In this document: in pieces, positions 1 to 9,507 of the stretch | Numbering within the stretch: the stretch's first letter is position 1 | How the letters are laid out: each line of letters opens with the position of its first letter | NCBI GenBank assembly: GCA_050115495.1 | Contig: JASFQK010000045.1 | Span: 1 to 47,058, forward strand | Length of the DNA stretch: 47,058 nt | Reading direction: 5' to 3' | DNA from: Phycisphaerae bacterium | GTDB taxonomy: Bacteria; Planctomycetota; Phycisphaerae; UBA1845; Fen-1342 | The notes under the pieces: generated by a model | What the model was told of the DNA's origin: nothing | Seen by the model: only the letters and a program-made list of their open reading frames with translations | Database searches by the model: none | Program-made: the position numbers and the translations under genes

Positions 1-31
1 CGATCTTCTTGTCTCTCTGGCGTCGTGCCAC
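1..31 (-). CDS. 5' end of a gene running off the window (MARRQRDKKI...), possibly DNA topoisomerase VI subunit A
   Basis: GTG at 31-29 opens a frame that leaves the window, co-oriented and ~190 bp downstream of top6B. The identity is inferred only from the usual top6B-top6A linkage. Confidence 0.3.
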   Translation of the reverse strand, partial: MARRQRDKKI

Positions 32-153
32 GCCGCCAGTAAACCAACTCCCAACGTACCGCGCAAGTTAGGATTGTGTTAACCTCGACCCCTCCAAATT
101 CCCGGACAGTATTGCTCAAGAGCAGTGGCACACACGCGCGTGAGTTGGCAGAT

Positions 154-180
154 CCGGCTCCCTGCCGGTCGCGGCTCGGA
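154..180. repeat. Intergenic REP-like element (ccggctccctgccggtcgcggctcgga)
   Basis: Matches 23 of 27 positions with ccgcctcgctgccgctcggggctcgga at 12978-13004. Both copies lie just 3' of a gene. Confidence 0.5.
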
Positions 181-221
181 CAGATTGGGAGCCGCACGTC
201 GGGTGGGCTGCGCGTCGTGTG

Positions 222-2210
222 TTAGCGCTTGCGGCGGCGGCGGGGCTTGGTGTTTTCCTCGTCTTCCTCGAACAGATCCGCGGCCGCCACGGCGGTCTCG
301 TTCTCCGGGACGATCAGCGTGGAGTCGTCGCCGTTGAGCGTCGTCTCCGGCTCTTCCTCGGGCGTTTCGATCGGCTTGCCGTTCTCATCGAGCACGACGT
401 CGGCCTCGGCGGTGCGCTGGCGGGCGATGCGGCGCAGCCCCTGGATGAGTCGCTCCTCGCTGCCGCCGGTGAGGTTGGCCAGAGCCTCTGCCAGGTCCGG
501 GATGTAGCGGCCGAAGATGTCGCGCTTCTGCGCTTCGAGCCGCTGCCGCCGGCGGCGACGGACATACGTGGCCAGCTTGCGGCCGCACTCCTGGAGGGCG
601 AGCTTCATCTCCTTGCGAATCTCGTCGTAGTCGGCGATGGCTTCCTTGCTCTCCGACGTGAACGGCACCCACACGCTGGCCATGTGCACCATGGCGACGA
701 GTGGCCCGCTGGGCAGGCTGCCGGCCGGCTGCGACATGCCATAGTTCCGCCAATCGACGTCCATGACGCTCTTGAACGCCGCACAGGCCGACTGCTGGTA
801 CAGCAGCGGCACGCGGTTGGCGTAGCGGATCACGCGGGCGGTGCCCTCGGAGGGGAGATTGCCGCCATAGGCCAGGGCGATTTCGATCTGGAACGGGTTG
901 CCCCGATAGACCGCCGGGTCGCGCGTGGTGGCGGTGAAGAACTCGGCCTTGACCTCTTTGAGCAGGCCGGCGAGCAGGTTGCGCACGCCAATAGGCGCGA
1001 GGCAGTCGGTCGGCGGGGCCATGATGCGGACGGACTGCATGGCGTTGTAGAGGCGTTCGACGTCGTGCGTGCCGATGGCGGCCGGGGCGGCCCGGGAGCT
1101 GAGGCCGGCGGCGTCGCAGATGCGGCTGGAGACAGTGCCGGAGACGCGGCAGAAGGAGTCCTGGAGGAAGCCGGCCAGCTTCACGCCTCTGGCTTCCTTG
1201 AGCATCTTCATGAGCACGCCGAGCTCGATGCCGTGGGGGTGCGGCTTGATCTGCCGGGTTTCAGGAGGGAGCTCGTCGGTGCCCCGGGGGAACTCGCGGT
1301 GCTCGCCGGTAGGGGCGCGGTAGAGGATGACCGCGTGCGGGTTGGCGATGGCCGTCTGCTCGATGTATTCGTCGACGGACTGGCGGCCCTTGGCATAGCT
1401 GGCGACGAGTTCGATGATGACCTCGGTGCCCTGCCCCCAGGTGACGTCGGTTTCCTCGTCCTTGATGACGTCGGCCTTGTTGCGGGCGGTGTCGATCTGG
1501 AGCTCGAAGTAGTGGGCCGGCTTGCGCGGGCTGGTGCGCGAGAGGATGCGCACGCTGCGGCCGGTGGTCAGCACGCCGTACATGCCGGCGGCGGAGATGC
1601 CGATGCCCTGCTGGCCGCGGGACATCTTCAGGCGATGGAATTTCGAGCCGTACAGGAGCTTGCCGAAGATGTTGGGCACCTGCGATTTGACGATGCCGGG
1701 GCCGTTGTCGCGCACGGTGACGCGGAAGCGGTCCTCGGCGAGTTGGTCGATGTGAATGTGGATCTCGGGCAGGATCCCCGCTTCCTCGCAGGCGTCGAGG
1801 CTGTTGTCGACGGCCTCCTTGACCGTGGTCAGCAGGGCCTTGCGCTTGTTGTCGAAGCCGAGGAGGTGGCGGTTCTTCGCGAAGAACTCGGAGACGGAGA
1901 TGTCGCGCTGCTGGCTGGCGAGCGTCTCCGCGGTTACGGCCCGGGTGCGTTTGCGCGAGGTGCGCGGCGCCGGCGGCGCCTTGACGACATCCTTGGCGAC
2001 CGGGTCGGTTGGTTTGGCGACTTTCCTGCTCGGCTTCTTTCCAGGGGGCTTGGTACGATCCACGCGGTCCTCATCTTCGGTTGGCGGCGAGCCGGGAACA
2101 TAAGCGGCCTCGCGGACGGCGCCTACCGGGATGTCGCGAACCGGGGGCAGATCGAACAGGGTCGGTGCCGGCTGGTCGAGAGCCGTGGTCGGGTTGCTGT
2201 CGGCGGCCAT
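222..2210 (-). CDS. top6B: DNA topoisomerase VI subunit B
   Basis: GHKL motifs KEAVDNSLDA, DNGPGI, SRGQQGIGISAA, plus SVSEFFAKNRHLLGF, RYANRVPLLY and VPFTSESKEAIA. ATG at 2210 follows an AGGAG RBS. Confidence 0.93.
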   Translation of the reverse strand: MAADSNPTTALDQPAPTLFDLPPVRDIPVGAVREAAYVPGSPPTEDEDRVDRTKPPGKKPSRKVAKPTDPVAKDVVKAPPAPRTSRKRTRAVTAETLASQQRDISVSEFFAKNRHLLGFDNKRKALLTTVKEAVDNSLDACEEAGILPEIHIHIDQLAEDRFRVTVRDNGPGIVKSQVPNIFGKLLYGSKFHRLKMSRGQQGIGISAAGMYGVLTTGRSVRILSRTSPRKPAHYFELQIDTARNKADVIKDEETDVTWGQGTEVIIELVASYAKGRQSVDEYIEQTAIANPHAVILYRAPTGEHREFPRGTDELPPETRQIKPHPHGIELGVLMKMLKEARGVKLAGFLQDSFCRVSGTVSSRICDAAGLSSRAAPAAIGTHDVERLYNAMQSVRIMAPPTDCLAPIGVRNLLAGLLKEVKAEFFTATTRDPAVYRGNPFQIEIALAYGGNLPSEGTARVIRYANRVPLLYQQSACAAFKSVMDVDWRNYGMSQPAGSLPSGPLVAMVHMASVWVPFTSESKEAIADYDEIRKEMKLALQECGRKLATYVRRRRRQRLEAQKRDIFGRYIPDLAEALANLTGGSEERLIQGLRRIARQRTAEADVVLDENGKPIETPEEEPETTLNGDDSTLIVPENETAVAAADLFEEDEENTKPRRRRKR

Positions 2211-2324
2211 CCGTGGCTCCTGCGGCAACGGGCAAGCGGATTCACTGCATAGTATAGCACGAGCTATGGTAGCGGTGAGGGCCGCCGTGTACAGTGTCTC
2301 GTGGCCGGGGGTCGGAGTCGGTTG

Positions 2325-2609
2325 ATGTCGCTGAGTGCGAAAGAGCGGAAGGCGTTGATCGCTGCCGGCCACCATCTGAAGGCTGGCCTGATGCTCTCGC
2401 CGGGACGGATTGACGACGGTGCGGTGGCCCATGTGCGGGCGGCACTGGCGGATCGCGAGTTGGTCAAGGTCCGCGTGCGGGCCGACGAACGCAGCGCCTG
2501 CGAAGAGACGGCGGCGGAGCTCGTGGCTCGCGTGCCCTGCGAACTGGTGCAGCGCGTCGGCCGTGTGCTGCTGCTGTATCGCCCGCCGGCGGCAGAGGCA
2601 CCTGCGTGA
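2325..2609 (+). CDS. yhbY: YhbY/CRM-domain RNA-binding protein
   Basis: 94 aa with LSAKERKAL...HHLK, ELVKVRV and VQRVGRVLLLYR. GGAG lies upstream of ATG 2325. Confidence 0.85.
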   Translation: MSLSAKERKALIAAGHHLKAGLMLSPGRIDDGAVAHVRAALADRELVKVRVRADERSACEETAAELVARVPCELVQRVGRVLLLYRPPAAEAPA

Positions 2610-2735
2610 CGCGTGTCTGACGGAGGCGGAAGGGGTGCCGGGCGGCTATGATACGTGTGCCGCTGCGGTCAGCGGGCCGGGCGCCAGATTGTCCGGCGAG
2701 TGGGAGGTGGGTGGCGGTGTGAACGAGGTGGTCCG

Positions 2736-3623
2736 ATGAAGCAATTCCGACGGATTGGAGTGTTCCTGCACGACTCGCCGGCCGACGATGAGGCGCTGGC
2801 TTACACCAGTCGCGTGGCCGAGCTGGCCAACGCCGAGTCGGTGCTCTGTGTGCACATGCGCGAGTCCAGCGAGGCCGGCGGGGCCGATCCGGACGCGGCC
2901 GCGTTTCAGGCGGAAGTGCTGCGGCGTCTGCCGGCGGCGGTGGCGAGCCGCACGAAGGTCGAGGTGCATACCGGGACGGGCATTCCCGAAGTGCTGCGCA
3001 GCGCGCGGGACTTGCAGCTCGACGTGGTGGTGGTCGGCCGGCGGCTGCCGTCGGAGCAGGTCGGCATCGGGGCGGCTTTCAGCAAGCTGGCCCGCAAGTG
3101 CCCGTGCAGCGTGCTGGTTGTACCGAGCCATGCCCGCGTGCACCTGAGCCGCATGCTCGTGCCGGTGGACTTCTCCGAGCACTCGAAGCTGGCCCTGGAA
3201 CAGGCCATCGCCATGGCCCGGAGCAGCGGCGAATCGACGCCGCAGATCGTGGCCCACTCGGTGTGCAGCGTCGGCTACGGCTACAGGAAGATGGGGGTGA
3301 CCCTCTACGAGGCGACGGATCAGCTCGTGGCCACGACCGCGCAGAAGCTGACGGAGTTCGTTGCCGGCGTGGATGCGAAGGGTGTCGCCCTGGAGACGGT
3401 CTGCACCGCGGCCGAGGACATCGAGCGGGGCGTGCTGGACATGGCCGCCGTGCACAAGGTCGACGTGGTCGTCGTGGGCAGCCGGGGCATGAGCTGGCCG
3501 GTGGCGGCCCTATTGGGGTCGACGGCCGAGCGCATCCTGGTGCAGTCGCCGCTGCCTGTGCTGGTGGTCAAGAAGAAGGGCGAGACCACGCCGCTGCTGA
3601 ACGCCTTGCTGGGCGACGCCTGA
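2736..3623 (+). CDS. Universal stress protein (two USP domains)
   Basis: MLVPVDFSEHS, DVVVVGSRG, LLGSTAERIL and PVLVVK, with an N-terminal USP repeat (DVVVVG...CPCSVLVVP). GAGG RBS. Confidence 0.9.
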   Translation: MKQFRRIGVFLHDSPADDEALAYTSRVAELANAESVLCVHMRESSEAGGADPDAAAFQAEVLRRLPAAVASRTKVEVHTGTGIPEVLRSARDLQLDVVVVGRRLPSEQVGIGAAFSKLARKCPCSVLVVPSHARVHLSRMLVPVDFSEHSKLALEQAIAMARSSGESTPQIVAHSVCSVGYGYRKMGVTLYEATDQLVATTAQKLTEFVAGVDAKGVALETVCTAAEDIERGVLDMAAVHKVDVVVVGSRGMSWPVAALLGSTAERILVQSPLPVLVVKKKGETTPLLNALLGDA

Positions 3624-3745
3624 ACAGCCGGATCGGGCAGTTTTCAATCCTTGTGAAACATTCAGCGCACGCTGGACAGAGGCGGTGTGCCCCGCGAGAC
3701 TCTGGCCCGGGCCTGCCGAGGAACCCTGTCGTGCGCGCGGAACAG

Positions 3746-4726
3746 ATGGTCGGGACGGCGACGTTAACGGAGCTTTACGCTCCGATCGCCGGGGAGCTGG
3801 AACAGGCCGCGCAGATTCTGCGGGACGAGCTGATCAGCGACGACGCCAGCCTGGCGGAGCTGCACCACCACGCCGAGCGATTTCATGGTAAACGCCTGCG
3901 GCCGGCGCTATTGCTGCTGGCCGGGCGGGCTTGTGGGCAGGTCAGACCCGAGCACGCGCTGCTGGCCGCGGTGGTCGAGATGATCCATCTGGCCACGCTG
4001 GTCCACGACGACGTCCTCGATAACGGGCAGGTGCGCCGCCGGACAGCGACGGTCAACTGCCTGTGGGGCAACGCCCGGGCGGTTCTGCTGGGGGATATCC
4101 TCTTCAGCCGGGCGTATCGCCTGTGCAACACGCTGGACACACCGGAGGCGGCACGGCTCATCGCCCAGGCGGCCATCGCCGTCTGCGAGGGGGAGATCAA
4201 GCAGATCGAGCGGCGAGGCGACACGGCGCTGAGCGAGGAAGCGTATTTCGACATCGTGACGCAGAAGACGGCGTCGCTGCTCGGCGTGGCCGGTTATCTG
4301 GGGGCGAAATACGCCGGCGCGGACGAGGCGACGAGCGAGCGTCTGCGGGCGTTCGGGATCGCGGTGGGGATCGCGTTTCAGGTGACCGACGATCTGCTGG
4401 ACCTGGTCGGCGACGAATCGCTGGTGGGCAAGTCGCTGGGCCGCGACCTGGAGCAGGGTGAGTACACGCTGCCGGTCATTCACTTTCTGCGGACGGGCTC
4501 GCCGGAACGGCGGGCCGAAATGGAAGCTGCCCTGCAGGCCGCGCCGGATCAGCGAGGCGAGCAGGTGCTTCGGCTGCTGAACGGGTCGGCCAGCGTGGCC
4601 TACGCCCGGCGCTGCGCGGAACAGCACGTACGGTCGGCGTTGGATAACCTCGCCGGCCTGCCGGCCTCGAACGCTCGTAACAGCCTGCAAGCGGTGGGGG
4701 ATTTCGTGCTCGCCCGGCGGTTCTAA
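3746..4726 (+). CDS. Long-chain polyprenyl diphosphate synthase (IspB/HepT-like)
   Basis: GKRLRP, FARM VHDDVLD...RR, KTA and SARM FQVTDDLLD. A small residue (Ala) five positions before the FARM suggests a long-chain product. Confidence 0.9.
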   Translation: MVGTATLTELYAPIAGELEQAAQILRDELISDDASLAELHHHAERFHGKRLRPALLLLAGRACGQVRPEHALLAAVVEMIHLATLVHDDVLDNGQVRRRTATVNCLWGNARAVLLGDILFSRAYRLCNTLDTPEAARLIAQAAIAVCEGEIKQIERRGDTALSEEAYFDIVTQKTASLLGVAGYLGAKYAGADEATSERLRAFGIAVGIAFQVTDDLLDLVGDESLVGKSLGRDLEQGEYTLPVIHFLRTGSPERRAEMEAALQAAPDQRGEQVLRLLNGSASVAYARRCAEQHVRSALDNLAGLPASNARNSLQAVGDFVLARRF

Positions 4727-6399
4727 GGTTCCGCCGCACGCGTGGCTGGGGGGTTCAGGCGGACGATCCACACGACGACATTCTTGCCGGCGGCGTAGTT
4801 GAAGCCTGCTACGCGGCGCCAGTCGGGCGTCTCCTTGGCGGGCGGTTCGGCGCCGGCGGCCCGCAAGTCCTCCTCGCGGGCGACGAGCACGTCGGCCTGT
4901 CCTCCCGCCAGCACGGACGCGAGTTCACTTGGCGGGACCGTTCGTGCCGTGGCCTTCATGTAGAAGAACTGTGACGGCTCCTCGTAACCGGTCACGAGCA
5001 CGCGAGCGCTCGGCTCGGCCAAGGCGTTGACGCGGTCGGCGACAAGACGGCTGACCCGGTACGGCTCTAAGGCCGGCAGCAGCCACAGTCCCACCAACAC
5101 ATGCAGCAGGATGGTGCCGCCGAGTGCCAGCCGACCGGCGTTGAGCAGGTGCCCGCGGTCGGCGGCTCGGGCCGCGGCGACGAAGCACAGCGCCAGCAAG
5201 CCGCCCGCAACGATTGCTGCCGGCGCCCAGCCCGATCCCCACCAAATCACGCCGGCCGCAGCCAGAGCGGCGCCGAGCACGACAGACGGTGCAGCGGCGA
5301 CGCGCCAGAGAGTCTTGCGCGAGCGGGTACTCGTGTCGGCCAGGGTGAGATCGATCCAGCGGCCCAGGATGATCGCCAGCGGCACGTAACACGGCAGCAC
5401 ATAGTGCGGCAGCTTGCTCTGCATGAGTTCGAGCAGCAGCCAGGGCAGGGCCGCCCAGATCAGCAGCAGTCCGGACGTCGGTTCGTCCTGACGTGCTCGC
5501 CACACAGACAGCAGCGCCGCTGGCAGCAACATTGTCCACGGCAGCCAGCCAAAGAAGCTGGTGAGCAGGTAGTAGCCCGGCGGGCCGCCGTGCCCGCACG
5601 AGGCGGTGAAGATGCGGGCGAGGATCTCGATCATGACGAACCGCTGGGAGAACGCCTCGCCGGCGTGTTGGGCGACATAGATGTACCACGGGGCGGCGAC
5701 AAGCAGGGCCAGCGGGGCCAGCAACCAGAAGCGCGGGTGCAGCAGCGGTCGTCGCCATTGGCGTCGCAGGAACAAGCCGAGTCCGCACGCGCCGACAAAC
5801 GGAATGATCGCCGGTCCCTTGGTTAGCAGGCCGAAACCGATCACGAGCCAGAAGGTGGCGATGGTCCGCATGCCCGCGGCGCGGGCGGCGATGCGATATA
5901 GGCACAGCGCTGCCGCCGTGCACATCAGCAGGAGGAGCCCGTCGGTCAGAAACAGCTTGCCGACCAGGATGGGCATGCCGGCGGAGATGAAGACGATGGC
6001 GGCGAGGTAGCCGGCGCGTCGTCCGTACAGGTCGGCCGCGAGTGAGGCGAGCACGTGCAGCGCCCCGAGCGCAGCCAGAACGGAGACGAGGCGCGCGGCC
6101 CAAACATGTGGGCCGATACCTAACCAAGTGACCCCGGCGCACCAATACAGCAGTGGAGGCTTGAACAACCACGGCTCGCCGAGGAAGCGGGGCATGAGCC
6201 AGTCGCCGGTGGCGAGCATCTCGCGCGTCACCTGAGCGTAGAAGCCCTCGTCACGATCCGTCAGGCTGACGCCAAACGTGCCAGGCAATAGCAGGACGAG
6301 TGCGAGCAGCGTGAGCGTGGCGCGCTGGGTCGCCGTGAGCGCACAACACTGTTCCGCGGACGGGACGGCAGTCGCAGGTGAAGTGGGGGCGGTCGGCAC
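4723..6399 (-). CDS. ArnT/PMT-family (GT-C) membrane glycosyltransferase
   Basis: DRDEGFYAQVTREM, KPPLLYW, LTKGP and SKLPHYVLP, with many TM segments. Start is 6399 or 6411. Confidence 0.85.
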   Translation of the reverse strand: MPTAPTSPATAVPSAEQCCALTATQRATLTLLALVLLLPGTFGVSLTDRDEGFYAQVTREMLATGDWLMPRFLGEPWLFKPPLLYWCAGVTWLGIGPHVWAARLVSVLAALGALHVLASLAADLYGRRAGYLAAIVFISAGMPILVGKLFLTDGLLLLMCTAAALCLYRIAARAAGMRTIATFWLVIGFGLLTKGPAIIPFVGACGLGLFLRRQWRRPLLHPRFWLLAPLALLVAAPWYIYVAQHAGEAFSQRFVMIEILARIFTASCGHGGPPGYYLLTSFFGWLPWTMLLPAALLSVWRARQDEPTSGLLLIWAALPWLLLELMQSKLPHYVLPCYVPLAIILGRWIDLTLADTSTRSRKTLWRVAAAPSVVLGAALAAAGVIWWGSGWAPAAIVAGGLLALCFVAAARAADRGHLLNAGRLALGGTILLHVLVGLWLLPALEPYRVSRLVADRVNALAEPSARVLVTGYEEPSQFFYMKATARTVPPSELASVLAGGQADVLVAREEDLRAAGAEPPAKETPDWRRVAGFNYAAGKNVVVWIVRLNPPATRAAEP

Positions 6400-6546
6400 G
6401 GTGCACCTCACCTCACTGGTGCCCCAGGCGAAGGCAGGAAGGTGGTGCGGGTGGTCCCTCGAAGGAGCGGGGGAGCGTGTCGCACCGTGCGGTTTTTGAG
6501 GCTCCTTTTCCTGACAGGCTCGGAGCGAGTTCTCTTATTTTTCGGA

Positions 6547-6978
6547 TTATCGGGGCGCATCTTCTGCGGGGGGTGTGTTGCCCTCGGCCAACTGCTGGAT
6601 GGTTGTTTCGCGGAGCAGCGCCTGCGTGCTCTTGGCGATGTTGCGGCACATGTCTTCGAGTCTGGTCTTTGCCTGACCTGCGCCGTCGACGTCGGCTTGA
6701 ACGGCAGGACCGCCATCCAGGGGACCCTCGATGGCCTCGACGATTTCGAGGAGGGTGGTGCGCTGGGCCGGCTTGCGCAAGGTGAAGCCGCCGCGGCGAC
6801 CGGTTTCGCTGCGCAGGATGCGGGCCTTGACGAGCTGCTGGAGTATTTTGAGGAGATACTCGGGAGGGAGGCCGTACGATTCGGCAATGCGCCGGCCGTT
6901 GACCGGTCCGTCGGCCTGGTGCTCGGCGACGAACATGGTGGCGAAGGCCGCGTAGGCAGAAGCTTTGCCAAGGCGCAT
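6547..6978 (-). CDS. Rrf2-family transcriptional regulator
   Basis: wHTH IAESYGLPPEYLLKILQQLVKARILRSETGRRGGFTL and TLLEIVEAIEG. Confidence 0.9.
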   Translation of the reverse strand: MRLGKASAYAAFATMFVAEHQADGPVNGRRIAESYGLPPEYLLKILQQLVKARILRSETGRRGGFTLRKPAQRTTLLEIVEAIEGPLDGGPAVQADVDGAGQAKTRLEDMCRNIAKSTQALLRETTIQQLAEGNTPPAEDAPR

Positions 6979-7030
6979 GGGCGCACCGGCGTGTTAAGAA
7001 CGGCGCAACAACGCTCGCGCCGCTGCTGTC

Positions 7031-7906
7031 TCATTTTGTGCGCTGAGAGGTGGTCGCCGCACGCACCAGAAGACCGACCCACAGATCATCAACGTGGTCC
7101 GGTGACTGGCTGTCATCCAAGAATACGACCACGCAGTCAGCGTCCTGTTGGGATTTTATCGGTCTCACGTGCGCCACGCAATGGCAAACCTGACCATCTC
7201 GCCAGAACACAGGCGCTTGCCCACCTGTATCGTTAAGGCCCGCAATGTGCAAGCGGGATAACAGATTCTTGTCCAAACGGCGAACTGGACGAGGCAGGCA
7301 CGGGTCCGCGATCGCGTCGAGAATGGCCTGTCCGGCGGGGGTGGCGTAGGGAATGTCGCCGGTCCAGGCGACGCACGCCGCGGGGATTTCCGCGGTGAGG
7401 AGGGGATCGTGGCTGATGTCGCGAGCGAGAGCCAGCTCCTGCTCCAGGCGGTGAACCTCGCGCAGGAGCCGGCGGCGGTCGAGGGCCCGCTGTACGTGGG
7501 ACTCGACGAGACTGAGCTCGAAGGGCTTTTCGATGTAGGCGAGGGCGCCGAGTTCGCTGCTGCGGCGCTCATACTCGGGGCAACCGTAGCCTGTGATAAC
7601 GATCAGGGCCACGTTGCGGAGCTGCTGCCGGGCCCAGTCAGCGAATTGGAGGCCGTCGATGGAGGCGGAGAGGCGGATGTCGACGATGAGCAGGTCGATG
7701 GCCTGTTGCTCGACGAGCTGTCGCGCCTCGAGCGGGCAGCCAGTCGATCGGGCTCGCAGGCCGCTGCGCTCGAGCAGCCGGCAGAGGTAGTCGCGGTAGC
7801 GCTGCTCGTCGTCCAGCACGAGCGCCTGGAGCGTCGGACCGTAGCCCCCGCCGGGCGTCGGCCGCGGCTCAGGACCCGTTCGCGATGTGAGCGTTGCGGA
7901 GGACAT
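7031..7906 (-). CDS. Response regulator: REC domain, coiled coil and divergent PAS-like C-terminus
   Basis: LVLDDE, DLLIVD, ITGY and YIEKPF receiver motifs. GAGGAG precedes ATG 7906, which overlaps the upstream gene. Confidence 0.75.
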   Translation of the reverse strand: MSSATLTSRTGPEPRPTPGGGYGPTLQALVLDDEQRYRDYLCRLLERSGLRARSTGCPLEARQLVEQQAIDLLIVDIRLSASIDGLQFADWARQQLRNVALIVITGYGCPEYERRSSELGALAYIEKPFELSLVESHVQRALDRRRLLREVHRLEQELALARDISHDPLLTAEIPAACVAWTGDIPYATPAGQAILDAIADPCLPRPVRRLDKNLLSRLHIAGLNDTGGQAPVFWRDGQVCHCVAHVRPIKSQQDADCVVVFLDDSQSPDHVDDLWVGLLVRAATTSQRTK

Positions 7907-9110
7907 CCGTGGCGCACTCCTCATCGAGAATGGCGTGACACTGGTACCCGCAGCCGGTGCAGACCCAGCAGGCCGGGGTCTCGCCGGCCCGCGGCGGTCT
8001 CAACGGCAGCGGTAGCCCGCAGCGGGGGCAGCAGCCGCGGAGATCGCCCAGGAGGCTGGTCAGGTCCACGAGAATCCAGGGTTTGAGCAGGAACTCGTCG
8101 ATGCCCATGGCCTTGAGCTCGTCGGCGCGGAAGCTGCCGCTGGTGCCGATGATGCGCACGTGTGCGCGCCGGGCGCGCACCTCCCGCACAAAGTCGGACA
8201 CGCTGCCCTTCAATTCATAATCATCCAGGACGACGATCTCCACGCCGGGATCGCGCTCGATGGTGCGCAAGGCGACGTCAAGGTCCTCCGCGGCGTGGCA
8301 GATGCCGCCGGCCTCGCGGATCTGGGCGGTGACGACCCGGCGGATCGTCGCGTCGCTGTCGACGATCAGCGCACGCCCGGCGACCGGCCAGCCGAGAGCC
8401 CGGCTCGTATCGAGCCCCATGAGCATGCGCACCACGGAATGCCGCATCTGGTAACGCTGCGCTTCCGGAACAACGATCAGCAGGCCGGCATTGTCCGTCG
8501 GCCAACGGCGCTGACGGAGATGCCAGGGCTCGCCCGTCGGCGTGCGCGGCACGCACGTCACCCAGCGCTCGCTCGTCTCCGGCAGCAGAGTCATCCCGTC
8601 TTCGGCCAGCACGTCTGCGAAGCGGGTCGCGTCGGCGCCGCCCGGCGTTTCCGCCAGCAACTCGCGGGCCCGACCGTTGGCAAACAGGATACGGCCGGCG
8701 TGATCGACCTCCAGGATGGCGATCGGCGAGCCGGGCGGCGACTCGCTCTCCGTGGCGGTGGTTTCGCGCACGGCGGCCCGCAGGTCAGCGAGATCGAACG
8801 GCTTCTCCAGAAAGGTAACCACGCGCTGCCGGCGGGCCTCGCCACGCAGATCGGCGGACGGAAACCCCGTAACCAGAATCGTCTGCAAGTGCGGAACCAC
8901 CGTGCCCAGCACTTCCGCGACCTGCAACCCGTGCACGCGGCTCCTTAGCATCCAGTCGACGATCAGCACGTCGGGTCGAAACTGGCTCCCCTGGAGCACC
9001 GCGTCCGGACCGTCGCCGGCGGCGCGGACCTCGTGCCCATTCTGCTGGAGCGCCCGGCTGATGTGGTGCCGGTAGCTCTCCTCGTCGTCGACCACCAGGA
9101 CCTTCAGCAT
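7869..9110 (-). CDS. Multi-domain response regulator: REC-PAS-like-REC-Cys-rich (zinc ribbon-like) tail
   Basis: N-terminal REC (VVDDE, VLIVD, TGF, KPF), PAS-like segment (VDHAGRILFANGRARELL), second REC (LIVDSD, VVLDD, TSG, LKPW), C-terminal CPRC...CTGC. Confidence 0.8.
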   Translation of the reverse strand: MLKVLVVDDEESYRHHISRALQQNGHEVRAAGDGPDAVLQGSQFRPDVLIVDWMLRSRVHGLQVAEVLGTVVPHLQTILVTGFPSADLRGEARRQRVVTFLEKPFDLADLRAAVRETTATESESPPGSPIAILEVDHAGRILFANGRARELLAETPGGADATRFADVLAEDGMTLLPETSERWVTCVPRTPTGEPWHLRQRRWPTDNAGLLIVVPEAQRYQMRHSVVRMLMGLDTSRALGWPVAGRALIVDSDATIRRVVTAQIREAGGICHAAEDLDVALRTIERDPGVEIVVLDDYELKGSVSDFVREVRARRAHVRIIGTSGSFRADELKAMGIDEFLLKPWILVDLTSLLGDLRGCCPRCGLPLPLRPPRAGETPACWVCTGCGYQCHAILDEECATDVLRNAHIANGS

Positions 9111-9413
9111 GGTTCCTCCCGGGAACCTCTGGTGCCGTTTGCACGAGCGGGTCGGTCAGCGCCATCGGCGCGCATCCCGACTCGATCACCGGTACAGGGA
9201 ACCGTAGTGCCAGCGCAGTACCACCCCTGGAGTCTGACGCCAGGATGATCGACGTGCCCGTCGCGCTGCAACGACCCAGCTTGCGTCGGCGCGACCGTGG
9301 CCAATGCCGGTAGTGGCTGCGTGCACCCGGTCTATCGTCGAGCCCACAATCTTACGCGATGAAGCGATGGTCTGCCAGAGGCGCGCCGCTCCCGTCTTGC
9401 AATCGGACTTGGT

Positions 9414-9442
9414 GTATCGGCGACGTGCACCCGCCTACTGAA
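9414..9442 (-). promoter_or_regulatory. Candidate sigma28/FliA-like promoter (TTCAG-N16-GCCGATAC)
   Basis: The -10 box resembles GCCGATAA. It has the same architecture as the motif at 19437-19465 and lies ~300 bp upstream of the REC gene. Confidence 0.3.
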
Positions 9443-9507
9443 ACGGTACAGGGCGCCACCCCAGTGGGAGCCTTATTCCTGTGACCGGCTCAGGCTTTTA
9501 CCTGTAC

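Noticed and set aside
222..250. NLS-like KPRRRRKR at the Top6B C-terminus as a targeting signal
   Set aside because: Basic tails occur on several proteins here (CoaD, PilB and MtfA termini), and there is no evidence for a targeting role.
219..2252. 677-aa plus-strand ORF, and similar long antisense ORFs at 17519-19309, 26442-27791, 32913-34553, 38558-39916 and 40971-43178
   Set aside because: Shadow frames opposite well-supported genes, expected at this GC content and codon bias, with no protein motifs.
3098..3745. N-terminal 216 aa of the 542-aa ORF
   Set aside because: Overlaps the USP gene in another frame. The prenyl synthase homology begins near ATG 3746.
9104..9304. 66-aa ORF upstream of the REC gene
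   Set aside because: TTG start, no RBS and no motif. More likely untranslated or regulatory sequence.
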